From assembly GCF_004010195.1 (NCBI RefSeq), contig NC_057719.1:66522066-66586065 (forward strand): a stretch of DNA of 64,000 nt. Direction: 5' to 3'. The number at the start of each line of letters is the position of its first letter. Positions within the stretch are counted from its first letter, which is position 1. Origin of the DNA: Chiloscyllium plagiosum (taxonomy: Eukaryota). Shown here piece after piece: positions 39,201 through 52,000 of this stretch. The notes beneath the pieces were generated by a model. It ran no database searches and was not told the origin of the DNA. It was given only the letters and a program-made list of their open reading frames with translations. The position numbers and the translations under genes were made by a program.

Positions 39201-41759
39201 TGGAAGCTAAGCCCGGTATGAACTGGAGGCTACACCGGTGTGGACTTGAGGCTAAGGCCAGTGTAAACTGGAGGCTAAGCCCGGTGTGGACCGGAGGCTA
39301 AGGCCAGCGTAGACTGGAAGCTAAGCCCGGTATGAACTGGAGGCTACACCGGTGTGGACTGGAGGCTAAGGCCAGTGTGGACTGGAGGCTAAGCCCGTTG
39401 TGGACTGGAGGCTAAGGCCGGTGGACACTGGAGGCTAAGGCCGGTGTAGACTGGAGGCTACACCAGGTGTGGACTGGAGACTGTAGACTGGAGGGTAAGG
39501 CCAGTGTGGACTGGAGGCTGAGCCCAGTGTGGACTGGAGACTAAGCCCGGTGTGGACTGGAAGCTAAGGCCAGTGTAGACTTGAGACTAAGGCCGGTGTA
39601 GACTGGAGGCTGAGCCCAGTGTGGACTGGAGGCTGAGCCCAGTGTGGACTGGAGGCTAAGGCCAGTGTAGACTGGAGGCTAAGGCCAGTGTAGACTGGAA
39701 GCTAAGGCCAATGTAGACTGGAGGCTAAGACCAGTGTAGACTGGAGGCTAAGACCAGTGTAGACTGGAAGCTAAGGCCGGTGTGGACTGGAGGCTAAGAC
39801 CAGTGTAGACTGGAAGCTAAGGCCGGTGTGGACTGGAGGCTAAGACCAGTGTAGACTGGAAGCTAAGGCCGGTGTGGACTGGAGGCTAAGACCAGTGTAG
39901 ACTGGAAGCTAAGGCCGGTGTGGACTGGAGGCTAAGACCAGTGTAGACTGGAAGCTAAGGCCGGTGTGGACTGGAGGCTAAGACCAGTGTAGACTGGAAG
40001 CTAAGGCCGGTGTGGACTGGAGGCTAAGACCAGTGTAGACTGGAAGCTAAGGCCGGTGTGGACTGGAGGCTAAGACCAGTGTAGACTGGAAGCTAAGGCC
40101 GGTGTGGACTGGAGGCTAAGACCAGTGTAGACTGGAAGCTAAGGCCGGTGTGGACTGGAGGCTAAGACCAGTGTAGACTGGAAGCTAAGGCCGGTGTGGA
40201 CTGGAGGCTAAGACCAGTGTAGACTGGAGGCTAAGGCCGGTGTAGACTGAAGGCTACGCCGGTGTGGACTGGCGGCTAAGGCCGGTGTGGACTGGAGGCT
40301 AAGGCCGGTGTGGACTGGAGGCTAAGGCCAGTGTAGACTGGAAGCTAAGCCCGGTGTGGACTGGAGGCTAGGGCCAGTGTAGATGGGAAGCTAAGTCCGG
40401 TGTGGACTGGAAGCTACGCTGGTATGGACTGACGGCTAAGGCCAGTTTAGATTGGAAGCTAAGGCCAGTGTAGATTGGAAGCTAAGGCCGGTGTGGACTG
40501 GAGGGTAAGGCCAGTGTAGACTGGAAGCTAAGCCCGGTATAAACTGGAGGCTATGCCAGTGTGGACTGGAGGCTAAGCCCAGTGTGGACTGGAGGCTAAG
40601 CCCGGTGTGGACTGGAGGCTAAGGCCGGTGTACTCTGGAGGCTAAGGCCAGTGTAGACTGGAAGCTAAGGCCAGTGTAGACTTGAGGCTAGGGCCAGTGT
40701 AGACTGGAAGCCATGCCCGGTGTGGACTGGAGGCTACGCCAGTGTGGACTGGCGGCTAAGGCCAGTGTAGATTGGAAGCTAAGGCCGGTGTGGACTGGAG
40801 GCTAAGGCCAGTGTAGACTGGAGGCTAAGCCCGGTGTGGACTGGAAGCTAAGCCCGGTGTGAACTGGAGGCTACGCCGGTGTGGACTGGAGGCTAAGGCC
40901 AGTGTAGATTGGAAGCTAAGCCCGGTGTGGACTGGAGGCTAAGGCCGGTGTGGACTGGAGGCTAAGGCCGGTATGAACTGGAGGCTACACCGGTGTGGAC
41001 TGGAGGCTAAGGCCAGTGTGGACTGGAGGCTAAGCCCGTTGTGGACTGGAGGCTAAGGCCGGTGGACACTGGAGGCTAAGGCCGGTGTGGACTGGAGGCT
41101 AAGGCCAGTGTAGACTGGAAGCTAAGCCCGGTGTGGACTGGAAGCTAGGGCCAGTGTAGATGGGAAGCTAAGTCCGGTGTGGACTGGAGGCTACGCTGGT
41201 ATGGACTGACGGCTAAGGCCAGTGTAGATTGGAAGCTAAGGCCGGTGTAGATTGGAAGCTAAGGCCGGTGTAGATTGGAAGCTAAGGCCGGTGTGGTCTA
41301 GAGGGTAAGGCCAGTGTAGACTGGAAGCTAAGCCCGGTATAAACTGGAGGCTAAGCCCGGTGTGGACTGGAGGCTAAGCCCGGTGTGGACTGGAGGCTAA
41401 GGCCGGTGTGGACTGGAGGCTAAGGCCAGTGTACTCTGGAGGCTAAGGCCAGTGTAGACTGGAAGCTAAGGCCAGTGTAGACTTGAGGCTAGGGCCAGTG
41501 TAGACTGGAAGCCATGCCCGGTGTGGACTGGAGGCTACGCCAGTGTGGACTGGCGGCTAAGGCCAGTGTAGATTGGAAGCTAAGGCCGGTGTGGACTGGA
41601 GGCTAAGCCCGGTGTGGACTGGAAGCTAAGCCCAGTGTGGACTGGAGGCTACGCCGGTGTGGACTGGAGGCTAAGGCCAGTGTAGCCTGGAAGCTAAGCC
41701 CGGTATGAACTGGAGGCTAAGGCCAGTGTGGACTGGAATCTAAGGCCAGTGTGGACTGG
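36256..41759. repeat. 5.5-kb tandem array of a 23-bp unit (consensus GGACTGGAGGCTAAGGCCRGTGT), about 240 copies
   Basis: The 23-bp period is visible throughout (e.g. ctaag at 36541 and 36564). There are no spacers, and stop codons fall in all frames. Confidence 0.98.
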
Positions 41760-42679
41760 GTTGGAAGGACTGTTGTTCTGAACTTCCTAGTTCTCTACTT
41801 TCTAAATTGATTCCTGCGATCTATAATTCTGGACTATTTATTTCTTTATTTTTCTAATTATTTTTCCTAAGAACTTGTACTGAAGAATTTGTATCTATGA
41901 ACTTTGTAAGATGACCATAAGTGGTGACTTGTAAACATTTCACTGTACTGATTTGAGTATATGTGACAATACGGCTAAATCAATTTGCTTCAACCCAATT
42001 CAATTTACTAACTGTTTGACCTGATTTATAGTTGTCAGCACAATATTTTTTGATATTGTGAATATTTTCTGGCTTCTTCATGGTAAATGACCACAAACCT
42101 CTTTTATTAAGTAATTGAGTTCATAAGGTTCACATTAAGTCTTGCATGTGGAACCAGTCAGCTGATATAATTTTATCAATTGATTGTACCCTAAGTTTTA
42201 TGGGATCTCGTGGTACAGTGGTAATGTCTCTACCTCTGAACTAGGTGACACAGTTTCAAATCCCACTTGCCCCAGAGGTGTGTACCAACATCCTTGAACA
42301 AGTTAATTAGAAATATCTCCCTGGGTTTATTGGACCTTTCTGCCAATGCCAAGTTGCAAACTACAGAGTTTGTGTCTCCCTAAACCATGTTGAAGGATGT
42401 TGGGTTACTTGTTCTCCACTGAATTTAGAGAATCAAATGTATGCTGCTGTCAATGACAGAAAAAGGGAGTTGCCAGTCTGTTACTCTATCTTCCATGTCA
42501 GATCATTGAACGTCTTCAGGCACAGCTCTGTAGGAATGATCTCTCTCTAAATGTAGTGCAGTAAGTCACCATTGCTCATTTGGCAGCAAATCTGTGACAT
42601 CTCCCAAGAAGCACGAAGGGAGCAGATACATGAGATTGCCACCATTAGCAAGTTTCCCTGCAAGCCCAGGGCATTAGTG

Positions 42680-43215
42680 AGAGCACACCAGCAATACTGT
42701 CTACAGTTTTAGCCACCTTATTCAAGAAAGAATATAAATGCCTTAGAAGCACTTCAAAGAAGTGTTACTGAGCTTATGCCTTTCTAGGGATTTCAATCTT
42801 GTGAAGGAAGGCCTTTATCCATTGGAATTTAGAAGAATGAGAAATGATCTTCTTCAAAGTCATAGGATCCTGATGGTGCTTGACAGATTGGGTGTTGAAA
42901 GGGTATATATCCCTTTGTTGGAGTTACTATAATGAGGGGAACACAGTGTAAGCAAAAGGGGTTTCCCATTTCCAATGGAGATGAGGATATTCTTCTTCCA
43001 GAGGATTGAAACTCTTTGGAACTCTTTTCCCCAGAGAGCAGTTGAAGCAAGATCGCTGAGTATTTTTAAGACAGAGGTAGAATTACTATTGACTGACAGG
43101 GGATCAAATGTTATTGCAGGTGGGTGAAGTTGAACGTGAAGTTGAGGCCACAACCATCTCAGCCATGATCATATTGAGTGGGAGAAGCAGGATGGAGGGG
43201 CTAGATGGCCTCCTA
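42680..43215 (+). mobile_element. Old CR1-type LINE 3' fragment
   Basis: Degenerate ttggaatttagaagaatgaga...ttcttccagaggattg...tggaactcttttccccagagagcagttgaagc, similar to the other CR1 ends. Confidence 0.65.
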
Positions 43216-44741
43216 ACTTTTAAATTGAAATAATGATGATGCTGATAACTTCACTTTTATTCTTGCCATATCACCATCACCTATGTGAAGTGAGATGCTG
43301 TATACACAGTGGAAAAAGAAACCGCTCGACTTTAATAGCATCCACTTACAACACATCGAATTAGAGATCAATAAATGATTGCATCGTTAAAGGCATCGTG
43401 TGCTATGTTTAAAGAGGGTACACTCAGGAACTGCCCATTTAGGCTTTTAAATAGTGGTGGCACAGGACAGAGGTAAAAAGGACTCAACTGCTTTAGTGGA
43501 AACAGATAAAGAGAATGTCAGGGTCATTCAGCAGGTCAGAAGGACCCTGATGGCAATGATAAACTTAGGAGATGTAGACTTGAAAGAAATTGAGGCCATA
43601 AAGAGGGAAGATGGACAAAGTAGTGATTATGGTGTTTCATTATGTAGAGGAGTAGTTTAGAGTAAATGGACAATTCTAATAAAAATTGGGATTTTTTATG
43701 TGTAAGTTCAAAATACCAAGGAGAGACATTCTAAATAACATTGGGTTTGAAGTAAACTCTGCAGCTATAATAAACTTTCTTGACAGGACTGCGGCATGAA
43801 GGGCTATGGCATCGTCTTCCCCTACCACTAACCTCCTCCCTTGGTATCCCCAATCCACTTTCCTGAACGCGATCCCCACTATTGAAAGAAAGCCCACCAG
43901 CACCGACAAAATTGACCTGCATCAGTTCCCAAGGAGAAGGGAGATGTAGCACAAAGACAGAGGATTCCTGGGGCAGTGAAATGGAGATTGAGCTGGGCAA
44001 ATAGGAGTGGACCTCATTACATTCCATTTACTACCACTTTCTATTGCACCTGACTGGGAGGTGAAAATTCAGCTCACCATGATTCTTTTGGTCTATTTTT
44101 CAAGGAATTCATTCAAAGATTTCTGACAATGATTAATAAAATGTATGATTTCCATAAAACACAAAAGTGGCCAACTTTACAAAAATATTTGAGGATAATT
44201 TACAACAGTGACATATCAAACCTTGTAGATGTTTTAGTGTCAGGAATCAAAGCAAGTTAGAACATGTTATAGTGTACAAGGGTGAAAGAGAACTGGGCTG
44301 AACATTGTGCGTATAATCTTCTAAACATGCAGTAGCTGGACTTCATTAGAGACATAAATGGCTGTGTTTGGCACAAGCACACTTCTAATGCGCATGGTGA
44401 GGAACAGTTTCTCTGTGCTTCTCTTCAACAGGATGATTTTATCTGGCTTACTGATACTGGAGTGTGCGTTAGGAACTTGACTTTCTTCTCTTATCTATTT
44501 TCAAACTTTAAAAACTAGTTATTTACAAAGTAGAATATGTTTTTATATTTGAAAACTAAATTTAAATGGCCTGATATTTGGAGAAGCAATTGAATTATTA
44601 TCTTAGTTAAAGGCGGAGTGATTTTGTTCGGGTTTAGGTGAGATTAAATCAGTGAGCAGGTTTGCACTATATCTAGTATCTGCAACCCAGCATGACATAG
44701 CTGAAGCCAATGTAACATGAACCTGACAATTAACTAAAATT

Positions 44742-45090
44742 TGGCAGCATGGTCAGTAGTTAGCACTGCTACCTCAAAGTGCCAGGGACCCGGGTTCGAT
44801 TCCACCCTCAGGTGAATGTCTATATGGAGTTTGCATATTTTCCCCATGTCTGTGTGGGTTTCCTTTGGGTGCAATGGTTTCCTCCTACAGTCCAAAGATT
44901 TGCAGATTAGGTGGATTGGTCATGGTAAATGGTCCATAGTGTCCAAAGACATGCAGGCCAGTTGGATTAGCCATGGGAAAGGCAGCATTACAGGGATAAG
45001 GTAGAGGGGTGGATCTTGGTAGAATGCTTTTTAGAGAGTCACTGTGGACTTGATGGGCCAAATGGCCTGTTTCCATTATGTAGGGATTCA
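44742..45090 (+). mobile_element. HE1/V-SINE-type SINE
   Basis: B box gggttcgattcc, V domain and CR1-like tail gggccaaatggcctgtttcc. Confidence 0.85.
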
Positions 45091-45528
45091 GTGATAAAGG
45101 AGAACGGCAATTGGGCAATTCGTATATTTGAAATGGACTCTCTTTCACTTGTCAAGGTTACAACAACTGCATAGCCACAACTACAGATTTTCCACAGGAA
45201 CGGGATTATTTACCCACTCATTTGCCAGGGAAGCATATGTTCGACAGTCAGGAGCAGCTCTCAATGAATGATTGCTTCCTGCTCAGCATATCCTATCACC
45301 AAAGAAAACTCATGGCTCAGATCCTCCAACCTCGGGATAGTCAGAGCACCCTGAAAGTGACTCGACAGGACACCTCAGATATCCTGACGCAGTATGTGAG
45401 AATTCCTTAGGAAGTTTAAACATCCGATGGGCAATTACTCTCTCCCACAAAAAAAACTGCAACTCTGATTAATAATCATAGACCTCAGTCGGTTCAAACT
45501 CACCTATCTGGAAAGTTATCCAGATAAA

Positions 45529-45652
45529 ATGATGAAGAGCTTAAGCCCGAAACGACGATTCTCCTGCTCCTAGGATGCTGCCTGGCCGGCTGTGCTTTTC
45601 CAGCACCACACTCTCAACTCTGATCTCCAGCATCTGCAGTCCTCACTTTCTC
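45529..45652 (+). mobile_element. Single-arm Penelope terminal-repeat fragment (family A) starting inside the HHR core
   Basis: tgatgaagagcttaagcccgaaacgac...catctgcagtcctcactttctcc. Confidence 0.8.
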
Positions 45653-46744
45653 CCAAATAAAAATCAAGACCAACTCATGGGTAACAATAAAGCTGACCCC
45701 TCCCACCCTGACTCGTCTAGACTTCTCCAACTTTATTTTCCCCCCCTTCCCTTACCTTGGGGCTTCCAGCTACCCCACCACAACCCATTTCCCCTCCCCG
45801 ATGCCCCAGCCTGACTACAACCTGACCTGACCTCTCTCTTCAACTAACCACCTGCCACTCTAACCCCTCCCCCGATTTTTCCTTCTTTACCTTATGCTTC
45901 CATGGGATTAGTGTGTCAATGGCAACTCTCGAGTTAAGTCACGTGTAGACCAGACCAGGTAATTCTGACAGATATCCCTCCCTAAAGGAAACTGATGATG
46001 GTTTCTCTCAAAAATTGCTGATCATTTCTTGATACCATTACTGGGATTATCTTTCCATCCCAGATTTATTGATTGATTTTAAATTCCACCAGCTACTGTG
46101 ATTGGATCTGAACCTATAATTCCATGGCCCAGTATTATTACCACTGCCTTTACCATCTTTCACACTTAGTTTACACATTTGTTTAACATAATTACCTTCC
46201 CGCTCTGGAAATACTTTGTGTATTTAAATTGGGTTAAGTTACCTAAATAAGGCGGTTAATGCTATAATAAAAGGTGTGCGTGCCTTTTACAGGCATTTTC
46301 TGTGCTGTCCTCTGTGAGGAATCCTGTACTTGGTAAGTTCTGCAGGATCGTCCATTGGAAGACAGGCCAGAAAAGTTGCAGGTAAATAACTGTGTAATAA
46401 TTTGTCTGATCTCTGGCAGAACTAGAGAGTCTGACCCAGAACAAAAAAAATGAAGCTACAAAACTTTAGACTCCTAGACGTGGGCATCGACAGAAAAGAT
46501 CCCTGGAACTAATTTATTCAGAATTCTTAAATGATAATTGTGTGATTCACCACTGATTTTTAAATGCATGCTCACCTTATTTCCACTGGCAGAGCAACCT
46601 TTTCCCATGGGCTTGCCCTTTACTCCACTATCAGGGTTCTGAAGCCAATAGAAATAAACCTGCCCAGCCTGTCTCAGTTCACTGTGTTGGTGAGTCAAGC
46701 TGCTGCTTGTCCTTTACACACAGCTTCCCTATAGAGTGCACAAT

Positions 46745-47438
46745 ACTGTATCAGACTCCCAATGACTGCACATTGATGTTTAATAGCTCGCAAAAAGTCT
46801 TGGGGCATTGTTAACTGTATACAGTCACAACATCTGGGCTATTTAAAACAATCTGTTCTCAACTGCTGCTCTTCCCGTGCACAGCGGCACAGTGGCACAG
46901 TGGTTAGCACTGCTGCCTCACAGCACCAGAGACCCGGGTTCAATTCCCGCCTCAGGCGACTGACTGTGTGGAGTTTGCACATTCTCCCCGTGTCTGCGTG
47001 GGTTTCCTCTGGGTGCTCCGGTTTCCTCCCACAGACCAAAAATGTGCAGGTTAGGTGAATTGGCCATGCTAAATTGCCCATAATGTTAACTGAAGGGATA
47101 AATGTAGGGGAATGGGTCTGGGTGGGTTGCGCTTTGGCGGGTTGGTGTGGACTTGTTGGGCCGAAGGGCCTGTTTCCACACTGTAAGTAATCTAATCTAA
47201 TCTAATTACAGAATCACAGTTAGGTCAAATGACATTTACAATATATAGTCTTTCTCTTTTTTCCCTTTTTCCCTCCATCCTTCAGACACTTAAATCCTGC
47301 TTCCTAGGTTTTCAGTTTAGCTCTACCTTAAATGTAAGCAGTTGCCCAGATTTTGTGACTGTGTACAGTTAACACTGCCCCAAGACTTTTTGCAAGCTAT
47401 TAAACATTAACGTGCAGTTATCGCGAGTCTTATACAGT
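46745..47438. repeat. 95-bp inverted repeat pair (46745-46839 / 47344-47438) enclosing a SINE; possible MITE
   Basis: The right arm reverse complement actgtataagactcgcgataactgcacgttaatgtttaatagcttgcaaaaagtcttggggcagtgttaactgtacacagtcacaaaatctgggc aligns without gaps to the left arm. Confidence 0.85.
46883..47206 (+). mobile_element. HE1/V-SINE-type SINE, full length and little diverged
   Basis: A box tggcacagtgg, B box gggttcaattcc, V domain, CR1-like tail and (aatct)3 end. Confidence 0.9.
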
Positions 47439-47525
47439 CTGAGATATCCTGGCCACATAATACAGACTCCTTGTGCTTAGGCCAAAGTACAGGCAAAAAT
47501 ATGAGCTCAACTGGATTGGCAAAAT

Positions 47526-47606
47526 GATTTAGAGGTGCCGGTGTTGGACTGGGGTGGACAAAGTTAAAAATCACACAGCACCAGGTTATAGTCCAACGGG
47601 TTTATT
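47526..47606. mobile_element. 81-bp insertion with a 14-bp TSD; probably the terminus of another Penelope-like family
   Basis: TSD tggattggcaaaat at 47512-47525 and 47607-47620. The family assignment is inference from TSD length and recall. Confidence 0.55.
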
Positions 47607-48849
47607 TGGATTGGCAAAATATATGTTCTACAATACCTTCCTAGTGGTGAGGTGATAAAACTAGATAATTATCCTAGCGTGAGTTGTTTCTTGATGGAAG
47701 TAGACAGATATTAATGCTTACTTTCTGAACCATATTGCTGAGTTCTAATGTCTACCTTCCTATTGAATAAGTGGAAGAAAGCAGGTTATTCTGACACTTA
47801 ACACGTTATTCATAAATCAAGCTTGTGGTTGAAAGTTTTGGCAAAACTCTTAGTTAAACAGAGGTTATCCCTACATTTGGGATGCTTACTACTTCATACA
47901 ACACGAAAATTAATGGTGAATAATGGGATACAGATTTTACTTGGCAACAAGGATAGATTTGCATGGCGACTGTGGTGTTTTCTTTTAAAAAATGTAGGTT
48001 TGAGTTACTGATAAGATTCTATTAGTTAGAGGTCAATGTTGTCATGCTTACCAATAAAGAAGAATCTTTGTCCTTCATCATGACAACTAATGCTCATTAG
48101 AACAGACTGCTGTACTCTCTGAGGTATTCCATGATATGATAAATGCCTAGGGCAAAGAGATGATTTTTTTTTAGCAAGCTCTCAAGTTGTGTTGTTGCAA
48201 ATACTGGTTCAGAAATCAACACACAAATACTTTAAAAGCACTTTTAAAAATCTTATAAGTTTAGAAGAGATTATAAGCTGCAAAAGATCAACTCAGCATT
48301 TCTTTCTCTCATTTTGAAGAATTCCTCTTTGTAAAATGCAGCTGTAACTATCCAGTTTGTACAAGGGAATGGTAAGCCAATGGTAAGTTGACTACTCATT
48401 CATGGATCCAGATTGACGCTCTGGAGACCTGAGACAGTGAGCATCTCAGCTGGAGAGCCAGCCGGAGGCCCACATCCCCTCGTTTTAGGAAGGTTCACCA
48501 CATCTTGTTCCATTTGAGGGACCAATAGTGGGACTTCCCCCAGGACCAATAATCGCACAGATTGAAGCCCCACATGTTCAGAGCTGCCAGCCCAGTGGAG
48601 GAGGGTAGGTGTTCTGAATGGCAGCAGCAGTATGGAGATGATGGCTGTTGTCAACATGGCACGCACCTGAGGGTTGGAATCCGTACTGGATCCCAGACCA
48701 GACGCTGCTGCTGGATCACCTCAGTGTAGAAGAAACCATCTTCAGATGTTTTGTCTGTGACAACAGTGAGATCAGAAATGAGAATGCTCACTAATGACTG
48801 TACAGCTTCCTATGTGACTTATCAGATCATTAAATCACCTGTGTCCACA

Positions 48850-49260
48850 TAATGAAGGATCTGGACAATGTCCAAACTCAGGACAATTAGTGGCAAATAA
48901 CATTCAAGACACTTGGGCGTAAGACAGTTACCATCTCCAATGAGACCGAAAGCATCCATATCTCTTTGTCATTGAATTGTATTGCCATCACTGAACCTTA
49001 ACCACCCTGGAGGTCAACATTATCAGTGTCAAACTTGACCAGGCACGTCAATATTGTGGCAACAAGAACAGATTAAAGGCTAGGGGTTCTTCTCTGCAAG
49101 GAGTAATTTATTTTCTGACTCACTAGAAATTGTCAGTCTACAAGGTGCAAGTCATGAGTGTGATGGAATACTCTCCAATTGCCTGTATGGATGCAGCTTC
49201 AACAATACTCAAGGAGCTCGACACCATCTAAACCTAATTGATAATCCATCAACTACTTGC
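48850..49260 (+). mobile_element. Old CR1/L2-like LINE fragment
   Basis: tggaatactctccaattgcctgtatggatgcagcttcaacaatactcaaggagctcgacaccatc is paralogous to 60055-60120. Confidence 0.6.
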
Positions 49261-49586
49261 TGTATCTTCCAGTGCGTCAATAATTTACAGAGAGATTCCA
49301 AAAGGCAGACCTGTAATTTTAAATACATAAAATGATGGAAAAACTCAGCAAGTCTGGCAACATCCGGAGAGAAGGAAACGGGGAATGTTTCAAGTCCAAT
49401 ACAACTCTCTTTTTTTCAGTTCTGAATAGGTTAAGTGTAAGTTCAGTTAGGTTTTTTTGGAGGATTTCTACAGGGTTTCTCGCTATGAGGCCTAGTGAAG
49501 TTTCGGTATCTTACTAAACTCACCTCAATAATAATAGCCCACTGCTGCAACATTCATCATATCTGTTTGTAGCCCCATCTTATCAT

Positions 49587-49788
49587 GCTGAAAATGTGTT
49601 GCTGGAACAGCGCAGCAGGTCAGGGAGCATCCAGGGAACAGGAGAATCGACGTTTCGGGTATAAGCCTTTTTGGGCTTATGCCCGAAACATCGATTCTCC
49701 TGTTCCCTGGATGCTGCCTGACCTGCTGCGCTGTTCCAGCAACACATTTTCAGCTCTGATCTCCAGTATCTGCAGACCTCACTTTCTC
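49587..49788. mobile_element. Fold-back Penelope terminal-repeat mini-element (family A)
   Basis: Near-perfect ~80-bp inverted arms join at the HHR stem II region. 14-bp direct repeat ccatcttatcatgc at 49575-49588 and 49788-49801. Confidence 0.88.
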
Positions 49789-49949
49789 CATCTTATCATG
49801 CATCATTCCCAGAGTAACTCGCCACTCAGTAGATGAGCTGTCACAGGGCCAGGAGCATCAATGCTATGTTTCCAAGGCTGCTGGGCACCTGGAGAAGCAC
49901 TGACATTCTGAATTGCCATGCTCAATGGCAGACAGTTCCTGAACATGTT

Positions 49950-50600
49950 AGAGAAAGGGAAGATGGAACTCCATTCCCCAACAGGGAGCTGGATGTCCTG
50001 CTGCAGGGATTGGTGCAAAAGAGGAGCATCCTTTACCCAGAGGGATGGCAGAGGAATCTATGACACCAGATCCTGGCAGCCTGTTCCAATGTCACCACTT
50101 GGTTCAGTGCGGTGTTCATGGGTCGAAGGTTTGAAGTACAGTAGTAGGCTAGTGACCTTCTCCGCTGCACCAGGGTAAGTGCCACACTCTTCTGACTGTT
50201 AATCAAACTGATTCTGCTCCTGCACCCACCTCCCAACAAAGCTTCGAGGCTGCCTCTCTCACTATTGCCTGCAACACCTTCCGCCCATTGCTCTCAACCC
50301 CTGGAAAAAAACCTCAAAACCTCCCTCACCACTAACCCTGCATAGCCTCTGTGCTATCTACTCACTGTGTCAGACCACCTCAACACCTTTCCCCCATCTG
50401 CACCAACCACTTTCAGCTCACTCAGTCCTTCCTTTTCTCTCATTATAGCAGCAGAGAGCCCACAAATACAAAGGGTGTAGAAGGAGTGCTTAACATCCTC
50501 AGCCTCTGCAAGGAGAGACATTAACCCTCCTAGGAGAAGACTGGGACCGCTCCTGCAGGAATACCAAGAGACCCATGTGCCACAAGCTGAGCAAGTATCA
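49950..50600 (+). pseudogene. Decayed Myb/SANT-like DNA-binding gene of a PIF/Harbinger-type transposon
   Basis: Reads PFPNRELDVLLQGLVQKRSILYPEG, then frameshifted ..SAVF..SDLLRCTR followed by a GTAAGT donor at ~50175. This resembles Harbinger Myb-like proteins (F...ELEVLL..V..RR..LFP...W..VA..VSA...NDL.R) as recalled; stops are present. Confidence 0.5.
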
Positions 50601-52000
50601 ATCTTCATTTCATACAACGCTCCCATTAACCCTATTGTCAACCTGGATCATCGCACACTAATTCTAACCACAAGCCATGATGACTTCTCTCTCCTCGTCT
50701 TACAGGTACCACCAGGATATCTGCCATCCCTGCAAGAAACAGTCGGCTCCACCAGATGTCACTTCCTTGACTTCTGAGGAGTACTGAATCCTTAGAGCAA
50801 GCCTGAGCAAGGCTGCCTCCTATAACTCCCTTAAAATCTCAGATACTGACACCTCGGTGGGAACATTGGCCTTAAAAGGTTTGGGGGCACAATCTGGTGA
50901 GCACCTCACTGCACCAGCTGCCTGAGGGAGAAACAGCCCAGGTTGCTGGCAATCGGAGGACTGTCAGAGTCTAAGCTGCTGCTCAGCTCCAGGCAAGAAA
51001 GACCCTGTGGCAGCACCCATCAGGGACTGCATCCATATGCACAGTGAGGAGGAGGGGCAGCAGACAGGAATGTGGAAGGCAGTGACCCTCATTGTACAAA
51101 CAGATCGGGAATGCAGCTACAAAGTGGTGACCCAGCTACCTCAAGCATGCATTTCTCTGGCTGCTTCCATGGAAAGGCTGGCGGTTGCCATGGAGAGTCA
51201 TGTCCAGCACCCTCAATGCTCTGCTGCATAGGGGGCACATATCTGCACTTCATCAGTTCAGCTATTTGTCCTCAGTACTGATGGCATGGTGTCAGGGGGA
51301 TTGGGGAACCTGGCATATGCACTGCAGGTATCCCTTCCTCACAAAGAGACAGGGCATTGCCAGGAGACACCCAGATGGAGGAAGGACCACACAGATGTCT
51401 CTCAGAAGTTGTCTCTCACAATGCCTGAGAGGTGGCCTGGTTCCCCAACCTTCAGTCTGCCTGCCCCCTGCAATCCTTGGAATTTGAAGCCAAGGGCAGT
51501 CCATTTGCCTAAGGCTGGAAGACCCTTGGATGTCTGAATTTGTGATTATATGTTTAGTCATTTGTGTTCACTGCAAATGATCAAGGCGACAATTGCTCTA
51601 GACAGGTAGAAATGCCAACTGCAGGTTCAAGTATCTGTATCTCCCAAATGGCATCCAGACTGTGGTTAGAAAACTGCTGCTTTCATCCAGCTTTGCTTGT
51701 CAGCAATGATTCTTCATAATGAGTGTAGAAAAGACCTTGGCAAGACGTGGCCGATTTCTTCATCGGTTGGAATGGAATAGAAAGATCTCTTTAAAGCTTT
51801 GCTAAGATTCTTTGGAACTGTGCATACTCCCAAGTTTTCCAGTTTTTTTTTCAATACAGTTGCCATGGTCCTAATTCAGTCTGTAGAAGTTGTCACTTCC
51901 TTCACTTTTGTGCTTGACTTTTGGGCTGGACTGATGGTAGCTGGAAATTTCCTCAACGGAAACTTAATTGATCTCACACGCTCATCTACTGTGAGATTAT

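Noticed and set aside
36256..41759. CRISPR array or coding repeat
   Set aside because: Units are contiguous with no unique spacers, the context is a eukaryotic intron, and the 23-bp period puts TAA/TAG stops in every frame.
46883..46960. tRNA gene (A and B boxes)
   Set aside because: It is the head of a multi-copy SINE that continues into the V domain and LINE tail; the same applies to the other SINE heads.
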